Assembly: GCF_006345805.1 (NCBI RefSeq)
Contig: NC_042999.1
Span: forward strand, 133,486,001-133,550,000
Reading direction: 5' to 3'
DNA: 64,000 bases
Source: Octopus sinensis
Taxonomy: Eukaryota
Within the stretch, counting starts at the first letter, position 1. The number at the start of each line of letters is the position of its first letter. Made by a program: the position numbers and the translations under genes. Below the pieces are notes generated by a model. The model was not told the origin of the DNA. It made no database searches and saw only the letters and a program-made list of their open reading frames with translations. Of this stretch, positions 54,470 to 64,000 are shown piece by piece.

Positions 54470-54670
54470 TCGGTGAAAGGATGCATTGTCGTCCAGAAGA
54501 ATCCTATTTTCGCGCTCCACAGATCCGGTCACTTTCGCCGAATGTCCTCCTTCAAACGGTTTCAAAACTTCACAGTAGAACTCTCGATTGACAGTTTGGC
54601 CCTGGGGGACGAATTCTCGATGCACAATACTGCAGATATCTAAAAAAGAACGATGAGGGATCTGGTTTTT
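54470..54670 (-). pseudogene. Mariner transposase fragment
   Basis: IVHREFVPQGQTVNREFYCEVLK, a frameshift, then RLKEDIRRK*PDLW...ILLDDNA. Confidence 0.85.
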
Positions 54671-56394
54671 TTCATTCGCAAAATATATATTTTTTAAAAG
54701 ACAGTTAAAAAAGATCTGAAAATCTGCTATAATAAAGTTTTCCAGTCTAATTACTATGAAGGTATGATGTTGTGGAGAAAAAAAAATAGAAGGAAAAAGT
54801 TAGAGGTTTAAAAATCGAAAATACTGTGTATTCATAGCCAATAGCGAGACAGAAATTTTCTGCGTTTAGCGGAGCGGTGTCAACTTTAAGGTTGTACCCT
54901 GTGAAATTTATTGTTTAATGTCTGTGAAATAACCTCTTCATTGTAGGTTTCTAAAATAAAGAGAAATACCTAATAAAATCACTATGTACCATCTTACTGT
55001 TTCTTTTGTTTCTTCATCGATTGTATGTTATTTCTTTATTTTTAAATTGTAATAATATATTTGTCTGAATGTGTTTACTTTATGCGTATTTCAGTTTTAT
55101 GATTACCTGTCATGTATTTGTGTACATCCTTAATATATAAGTGTGTGTGTGTGTTTGTGTCCAAAACTTCAAAGTTATATAACGTTTCATGCTTGGATTT
55201 GTAAACAACTATAAGAATAACACTGGTCAACAAAGAATTTGTCTCAAGAAAAAGGATACCTGTATTATATATGTTTTTGCATGCAGAATTAAAAAATAAT
55301 GTCAAATTATCTGTACTAAGTTCATATATTCCATTCACCTTCACAATGCCAAGAAACTGCATAAACGTCGCAAGCAACTTTTGCTTTATATGAAAAATAT
55401 GTAAAACATTAAGACAACTGACAAAAAATATCTATAACAAAATTCTAATAGTTAAATATAAATTTTTATTAAAACAAAACACGCTGATGAAGTAAATCTC
55501 GTGGTGTGAAGAATCAATACAGCATGCGGGTGGAACACAACACAATGTGCGGTTGTCATAGTTACAAGTTGTTAATGCCACGCTGTCTGTTGTTTGGCTA
55601 AAATTACCCAAATTTCCCAACTTTAATTCCAAATAACATAAGATCCCTTAATTTATGAGATAAAATAATCGGTTGATCGTAATCAAAATTCAGAGTTGCA
55701 TCGATACACCAAAATTGAAAGCAATCTCAGCAAAATTGAAGGGGGATCAATTTGCGGGTGAAAAAGGCAAGCTCCACGATGAGCATGGTCTTGAATGAGC
55801 TACAGCAGAAGCAACAAAGTGACATATGGGCCGAAAGTTTCGTGTGTTTCATACTTTGATAAGCGCCAACGCACAGAACTCTCGGCTCTTGAGTCACTCT
55901 GTTGATTCTGCTAAATATATATATGTTTGTTTTATGTGTGTATGTATATAGCTTGTATGCTTGTGTGTAAGTATGAACTTACACATATCCGTATATGGGT
56001 GTGTGTTGTATATGTTCCTCACATTTTGCGATTGTGAATATCTATTGAACCGTAAACAATTACAAGAAATGAGTGCGGAAGTGTCGTTCGGTGTGAATTC
56101 TGTAGAATGGTACCGTCTGACCCATTTCTATGTATACAGCACCCCTACTTCCATCGCTATTATTCCGAAAAAAAAAGCACATCTACTTCCATCGTTCTTT
56201 GACTGACATATTTAGACATACGATGACTTGTATAGTAATCTGGTTAGTCTTTAGTTTCCTATAAACAATTTCGCGTATCCCTGTTCCTCTCACTCTCTCT
56301 CTCTCCCACTGTCTTTCTCTTTCTCTGACTCCTTCTCTCACCCACACACCTTCACCCAACATACGCGTATATATGTGTGTGTGTATGCATGTGT

Positions 56395-56428
<34 letters not shown>

Positions 56429-57454
56429 ACATATATATTTACACACACACATATGCATATACCCTCTCTCTCTCACTCCCTCGCACTCTCTCTCTCTCAC
56501 TCTCTCTCTCACTTCTCTCTCTCTCTCTCTCTCTCTCTCTTCGCTTCTGCTTGTCTCTTTTTCTCACTATCTACCCATTACTTATGTCAATCACCTTCTC
56601 GTTCTCTTGCTTCTATCCCCCCCCCTTTTTCTTTTCCATTGTTTCCGTGTGTCACTCCACTTCTGTGTCGTATCACTTTGTCTCTTTCTTCCTATCGTTG
56701 TCGCTCTCTTCCTCTCTCCTCTGTCTCTCCCCTCTCTATTCTTCTCTAACTCTCCCGACATCTCCCCCCCCCCAAAAAAAAACAAATAACAAAATTGTCA
56801 CTGTTTATATTGTTATTCTAGTTTATACATTTCATTATCTTTCCGTCCGCCATTGTTTGTTCATTGTTGCTCTTCTTTGCCTTTGCCGTAGAAAAAGTGC
56901 ATGAAGTGTATGAGAGGAGGGTGATAGTGACTGGTATGTATGTCATGTGTATGAGTATGGTTATGTGACTCTTTGTGTGTTTGTGCACGTGTGTGTTATA
57001 AGACTGCGTTATGTGTAGATATATTTGTAGAAGTGACGTTGACGGCTATGTTTTGTTTTGCTCCCGTATTTGTAATATGTGCTCTGAGCCTGTACAGATT
57101 ATATTCTTGAATACATTACTGTATATGTATGTATGCGTATCGTGTTCGTGCGGGTCGCTGTTGTTCTTCTTAATGATGGGAATGATCTTGTTGCTTACAT
57201 GAAAAACAGTATGAGGTCGAGACGAAGGACAGTGAATTTGGCAGAAAACAAACATCATCTGACTAAATATTTTACATGTTGTACAGCATTTAATAAAATA
57301 AGATAATTAGATATGCAGTGAGAAAAAGATATGAATTCTGTCGCCATTGGGCTTGGCTCTTTATCTCATTTTACGAATTTTATCAATTTTCATTTTCTTT
57401 CTTTTCATTTATCGGGGGCTAACTATAATTTGTTTCGACTGATTGTTGCTTATA

Positions 57455-60400
57455 TTTACTATTTCAGCATTTAACATTTACGCTGTGAGTTCAAATATCA
57501 TCAGAGTTGACTTTGTCTTTCATCGCTTTAATTGATTTATACCATAGCCACACGCATAGCAGTGTACGCGCGGGCGCGTTGCAAATGTTGTTTCACAATA
57601 ATGGCCTTCTTGATTCCATCAAATCGCGTGACACCATGTGCAAATGTTTCCTACCATAAGCATCGTGTTCATCGACACATTTTAATGGAATTTAGTGGAT
57701 GGAGAGTGAGTACATTGTCTTTGTTATTTTCAGATAAAACAAAGTACCAGTCAAGTACTGCTTCCATGGTATCGAGTAACCCGCAGCCCCGAAAACCTTA
57801 ATTATGCACTAATTAATATCACATTTAAAGGACACTAGATTCGAAGCATATTTAGAACGTCGATTAGGCTTCCTTCAGTATTGATTCTAACTCAAAATGA
57901 GGCGTTATTTCTTCCGGCTCTTTGTGTTCTGAGTTCAAATACCGCCTGGTCAACTTTGCTTTTCTTCCGTTCAGGATCGTAAAATAAAGTGCCAGACAAA
58001 TTTTGCAGTCGGTATAAATAAACTTGTCTTCTTCCCCGTCCCCAAATAGCTGGCCTTATCCCTAAATTACAAATGTTTTTTCTTTCTCTGGTAATAGGTT
58101 TGCTTCCCTATCACTTTGTTCCAAGTTCAGTCCCACTGCGTGTATCTTAGTCAAATGTATTCTACTATAGCCCCATGACAACCAAAGTAGATTTGAAAAG
58201 CACAAGTGAAAGACGGCCGTTGTGTGTAGCTCTGTGTGTGTGTGTGTGTGTGTGTATTTGTGTGTTTGCCTACGTGTGTGCGCGCGCAAGCGTGTATCTA
58301 TGTACGTATATATCTATGTGTGTGTGTCTTTGTGTCCGTATTTGTCTTCCAGCACCGCTTGGCAATTGCTGTTGGTTTTTTTTATGTCTTCGTATTTCAG
58401 CAGTTGAGTAAAACGAAATCAATGGAATAAGTATCGTAGTCAATTTGTTCGATAAAACCCTTCGAGGCAATACTCCAGCCTGACCATGGTTTAATGAATG
58501 AAACAAGTAAAACATTAAGAGACTGAAGTCAATATTTGCTCGTCACTCGATTCAAATGCTGAGCTTCACAGTATTAACTAACCCCTTACGCAAATTTCAA
58601 GCCTAGTGCCTATGACAGAAACAATATTATGTTTTCAAGGGCGGTCGATTGGTAGCACTGTCGATTGGTAGCACTGTTTTTCTGAGTTCAAATCCCGCCG
58701 AGATCGACTTCATCTCTCCTTCCGGAGTCAATAAAATAAAGTAGCAATTTATAGCTGAACTACAAAGTCGATTTTAATCTCAAATTTCTGAACCTGTGTC
58801 TATGTTATAAACAATTAACTTCACATTTTCAATAAGTTTGCATCAATTCCTGCAGCACTAATCGGTGCTTCTTTGTATTGTTTCCTGAGATGTGCGCAAC
58901 AGTGTTTTGGGGGAAAATAAAATTGTATTGATGTACTCCGTCATCTTCACTTCGTTTGGGGATTTGGTTTGTTTTTTTCCGGTGTTACTATAGTGCAGAA
59001 AATGCACGATGTGAGCAGTGTTATTTTACTGGGTGGTGTTTGTATTCTTTTTGTATTGTATGATCGTTATTCTGCATTTTTATTATAAACCTGTGGTAAG
59101 ACTGCGTGTTGGCAGCATCATTGTCATATTAGACAAAATGTTTCGTAAGTCTTTACGTTCTGAGCTGAAATTCCTCCGATGTCCATTTCATCGTTTCGGT
59201 GTCAATAAATTAGGTGCCTTCGTCTGTCTTTACGTTCGGAGTTTATATTCTGCCGAGGTCGACTTTGCCTTTCATCCTATCAGGGTCGATAAATTAAGTA
59301 CCAGTTGGTTCCTTGGTCGATCTAATCGACTGACCCCCTCCCCAAAAATTTCGGGCCTTGTACCTAGAGTAGAAAAGAATAAATTAGGTGCCTGTGGAGC
59401 TCTGGAGATCGATGCAATCGGCTTATCCTTTCTTCTAAAATTGCTGGCTTTGTGCCAAAATTTGAAATCATTATTAAAACGGCAAGCCGACAGAATTGTT
59501 ACCGCGCCAGCAAAATGCTTATGAGAATTTCGTTCGTTTTTATATTCCACCAAGGTTGACTTTGCCTTTCATCATTTCGGGATCGATAAAATAAGTACCA
59601 GTTGAGTATTGAGGTCGAAGTTATCGACTATCACCCGCCCCTAAATTTCAGGCTTTGTGCCTATAGTAGAAAGGATTATCTCACTTAGTACGGTAAGAAA
59701 CTCCAGATATATTTCAGTTTAATGTAACCTCAACAAAGCATTGACTTCGACTTCGACGTACTTGACGAAATAATGATGCGAGTATCGCTCAGGATATGCA
59801 CAAGCTTGTTTGTTGGTTTAGCATAGAAAACAGAAAAGTTTTAAGAATGCCTCCGAGGCGCCATCTCGTATGTAATGAAAATTAGTTATTTAACTTAACC
59901 ATTATATTTTCCTTCGTAGTAGCGTCTCTGGGTTATTTATTTAGTAGATGCGATAAGTGATTCTATTTTCGCTCTTTCGAAAAAAATCTAGATTGTCATT
60001 TTGATAAGTTTCTTCTAGTATATTAAATATAATATAGTTTTTAAAAATCAAGCCTAGAAAGCTGTTTTGTTTGGTCTACAGGAGCATTGCATTATATAGA
60101 GCGGAGCGAAAGGCATGTTAATGAGATTTTCATATACGAAAGCGTCAAAAACTTTAACACTACTTTTATTGCCAACGTTTACATTATTTGTTTTTCCCAA
60201 AGTTTCATTTAGTCATCACTAGTACCACAATTAAAAGAACCTATACAAATACTTATTTGTCTTTTATCAACTTTATTGCAATTAACTATTCTGTTTTACA
60301 AGATATGAGAATTGTCAACATTGTTTGGAACTAAAGTAATATTAGTCACATGGCTGATTTTATAAAATCCCTGGTAAAAATATAATATATATGTAATGTA

Positions 60401-61125
60401 TTTTGTGACTGATATTTTATGTACATATGTATTAACAATGTTACTTTTGAACTTTTTAATAGCTTACATTCCCCTTAATCACGCTATGATAACTTTGAAC
60501 AAGCAATGTTATGTTTTTAGTTATTCCACGTGCTTCTAATGACAAGATTCCACGCTGAGTGGTAGAGTGAGTGAAAATATTGATTGCTGAGCGAAATGCC
60601 GTGCAATAATTAATTTCATTCTTCGAGTTCAAATTTCACGGTGCGCTATTACGAATAACATTATCCCGCTGGAGTCGATAGCATAAGTACTATTCAAACG
60701 CCGGATTCGTTTAATCGTCTATAGCTGCCATTACACATTTCTGTCATAAAATTCCAAAAGTTTTATATGGTAATTAGTTATATCTCTCTACATTCTCAGT
60801 TCAAATACCACCGAAGTTGACTTCAGTTTATCTCAATAAAAAATAGTTTAGTCAATATTATACATTTTCCCTAAATGTCTGGTATTATAGGAATTAATAT
60901 TATCACTGGCAAAGAAGGCGGCAAGCTAGCAGAATCATTAGCACGCCGGGCAAAATGTTTAGCGTCATCTCATTCTTGTCTTTATGTTCTGAGTTCAAAT
61001 TCTGCCAATTGAGAGATCGTTCTAGGTTGATAAAATAAGAAGTTGAATACTAAGGTCACTGTATTCGACTTAGCCCCTTCTCCCGAAATTGCTGGCCTTG
61101 TGCCAAAATTTGAAACCAATATTGC
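57455..61125 (+). mobile_element. Cluster of about 9 degenerate SINE B2 copies (plus one degenerate SINE A at 58080-58520)
   Basis: The motifs ttctgagttcaaat and gtcgactttgcctttcat recur near 57490, 57925, 58680, 59155, 59235, 59545, 60625, 60795 and 60985. Confidence 0.75.
59220..59377 (+). mobile_element. 5'-truncated SINE B2 nested in an older B2 copy
   Basis: 16-bp TSD aataaattaggtgcct at 59204-59219 and 59378-59393. Confidence 0.88.
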
Positions 61126-61559
61126 CTTTGGCGAAGGAAGTCCTATCTATGGTAGGATAGGTAGAAAATCTGTCAAACTGCATTGCTGCAAAGAGTTTTA
61201 TGCATTAATATTCTCTGAGTCACATCTACATTCTATCCTCCACGAGTTTATAAAAGAAGGAAATTAAAAAACTATATACTATATCAAAATATGCCGACTT
61301 GTTACAACGATAAACACCGTTGTTCAAGTATATATATGCATATATATATTCTTTTGTTCTTTTACTTGTTTCAGTCATTTGACTGCGGCCATGCTGGAGC
61401 ACCGCCTTTAGTCGTGCAAATCAACCCCAAGACTTATTCTTTGTAAGCTTCGTACTTATTCTATCGGTCGGTTTTGCCGAACCGCTAAGTTACGGGGAAG
61501 TAAACATACCAGCTTTGGTTTTGAAGCGATGCCGGGGATGGGGACTAACAAAGACACAA

Positions 61560-61590
<31 letters not shown>

Positions 61591-61618
61591 TACATACATA
61601 CATACATACATACATACA

Positions 61619-61654
<36 letters not shown>

Positions 61655-61699
61655 CAAGATAAGAAAATGGAGAAATACATCTAAATCAAATATCAATTA

Positions 61700-62610
61700 C
61701 ACGATAATACTCAATCACATACTTTATTAAACCACCACATAAGAGACTGTAGGGTTACATATAAAAAGCAGAACAAATCAGTGTACATACAGTAGTGTAC
61801 ATTAAAAAGTGTACATAAAAGAGTAATGATGTATAATAAGTAGAATATATATAAAAGAGAATATAAATATAAATATAAGTAAATATAAGTATAGATTACA
61901 TCTTACAGCTGTTTCGGCTATGTAGATAAGTATGTCTCATTTTACCAATATTAGCCTTTTATGGTAGGTCAATATATAGATATAGATGAGACATTTACAA
62001 AAATATCATAAGGCCTCTTCGGAGATTATGTAATATAAATCAGTCTACATATATATCCACATGGGTGTGGGTACATACCCATAATACAACATATACATAT
62101 ACATATGAGTGCATATACTCACACTCCTATACATATAAAAATATACATATACATAATGATATAAATAAATAATATAAATTAGTAAACATATATATGTTCC
62201 ACATTCAACGTCTCAGTTTTTCGACTTAATATTGTGATAATAAACATACACATATTAGTACCTAGATGCAAATATACATAGGCAATAGTACATTATATTA
62301 CTTCATACTAATTTCTAAAGTGTCATTGAAGTTAGCATCATTATCGTTGTCAATACAATAAATGCTACCATTATTATCATTCATGATATTATTAATAACG
62401 CTTACATTAGGATCCAGATTGGCACATAAGTATGTCCGGGTTCCAGTTAGTAATTTTCCTTATGACATAAATGCACTATTGGATTTGAATTTAAAATTAT
62501 CATTATCTTCCTCATGGTTGGTCCATTGAGAGCCGCTCGACCTCTACCACATCGCACAAGCAAAACATACACATCCACTGGAGGGTTGCATTTACAACCC
62601 CTATCTCAAT
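61700..62610 (-). mobile_element. Putative Penelope-like 3'/pLTR fragment
   Basis: Contains a hammerhead-like motif (61900-62026) and a downstream AATAAA on the minus strand (about 61724). Inserted in a simple repeat. Confidence 0.45.
61900..62026 (-). ncRNA. Hammerhead-like motif with an enlarged stem II
   Basis: atct-CCGAAGA-ggc...(about 95 nt)...gcc-GAAA-CAGCTG-TA-agat. Confidence 0.5.
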
Positions 62611-62617
62611 TTGTATA

Positions 62618-62689
<72 letters not shown>

Positions 62690-62887
62690 TATATATATAT
62701 ACACATATATACATATATATATATATATACGACTTCTTTCAGTTTCCGTCTACCAAATCCACTGACAAAGCTTTGGTCGGCCCGAGGCTATAGTAGAAGA
62801 CATTTGCCCACCGAACCCGTAACCATATGTTTGTTAAGCAAGCTACTTATCACACAGCCACTCCTATCTATGTGTGTGTGTGTTTCT

Positions 62888-63100
62888 TTATTTCCCACAG
62901 AGGGGCTAAACATAGAGGGGACAAACAAGGGCAGGGATTAAGTCGATTATATTGATCCCATTGCGTAACTGGTACTTATTTAATCGACCCCGAAAGGATG
63001 AAAGGCAAAGTCGACCATGGCGGATTTTGAACTTAGAACGTAACGGCAGACGAAATACCGCTAAGCATTTCGCCCGGCGTGCTAACGATTCTGCCAGCTC
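62888..63100 (-). mobile_element. SINE family B monomer with complete head
   Basis: Matches 13603-13832. Confidence 0.9.
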
Positions 63101-63123
63101 GTGGCCCTGTGTGTATATGTATG

Positions 63124-63157
<34 letters not shown>

Positions 63158-63229
63158 TGTATGTATGTATGTATGTATGTATGTATGTGTGTATGTATGT
63201 ATGTATGCATGCATGCATGTATGTATGTA

Positions 63230-63427
63230 TGAGGGGATGCTGAAAAATTCCTGGTTTTGGGTAAAAGGAAGTACAGGAGGATCCAACATATTCCCCTCTC
63301 AGATTCACACACTTATTTCAGCGGTCCTTCAGTTTTTCTAAGCCCTGTAAAAGAACTTGGAACGTTGGACCTCCAACAAGGCCTTTCGTGACACCCTTAT
63401 ATCCAGGAACTTTTCAGCAACACTTCG
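63230..63427. mobile_element. Mariner-type MITE
   Basis: 25-bp TIRs at 63230-63254 and 63403-63427 (20/25 identical; core tgctgaaaa(a/g)ttcctgg). Confidence 0.75.
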
Positions 63428-63447
63428 TGTGTGTGTATGTGTGCGTG

Positions 63448-63527
<80 letters not shown>

Positions 63528-64000
63528 GCACTGAGAATAAAATATAAACTAATTGTTTTAAGGCTATTAAATGAGTGCAAGTAATTTGTTGATTATACAA
63601 ATGGCAACGTATTAGATTTGAACCCTGCCTCAGGTGCACTACATTTACTTCACGATTGTCGCTCATGTCCATCTTAATATGTATATAACAGCCATGTTGA
63701 GTTTATTAAATGTCAATGTATTCTCACATGGCAAATAAAGAACGACTGCAAGAATAAAAGAAAAAAACGAACAGAAGAAAAAGGAACCCAGATGTAATGA
63801 CATTTGATGACATGTAGCAAGACTCCAAACTTCACACTCGACTGAGTTTGGGAATGATCTTTAGCAGACCTGTCAGTATAGATTTTTTTTGCTTCTTGTT
63901 AATCTTCTTGTATGTTTTCCTATTTGCAATCAAAGCAAACGCTGAAATGGTCCCCTTAAGAAACACATTTCATGATTTATAAATCAAGAATAGATTAACA

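Larger units (their letters stand above)
61349..62868 (-). mobile_element. SINE family A (tail 61349-61560, head 62726-62868) split by an insertion of about 1 kb
   Basis: Both halves are on the minus strand, on either side of the internal microsatellite. Confidence 0.75.

Noticed and set aside
59018-59524. 168-aa ORF
   Set aside because: Read-through across nested SINE B2 copies.

Overview
AT-rich, repeat-saturated eukaryotic DNA. It is most likely Octopus/cephalopod, inferred from the microsatellite density and the tRNA-headed SINE families. I can support no complete host gene, and nearly all ORFs in the track are microsatellite or SINE read-through. The window holds dozens of copies of several modular SINE families and a full-length but pseudogenised Tc1-type transposon with DD36E spacing (28700-29995). 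It also holds decayed R4/Dong, Penelope-like, RTE-like and mariner fragments, several MITEs with clean TIRs/TSDs, two Helitron/Helentron-like elements, and many micro- and minisatellites. The most notable observations are: (1) dispersed minimal hammerhead-ribozyme-like motifs, including a back-to-back palindromic pair; (2) SINE head-to-tail concatemers with the same base-precise AG|GT junction at two separate loci, suggesting a circular or rolling-circle intermediate; (3) long inverted repeats that could form dsRNA/ADAR substrates; (4) a possible pair of terminal coding exons on the minus strand near 10 kb. All calls are from manual reading; no database search was run.
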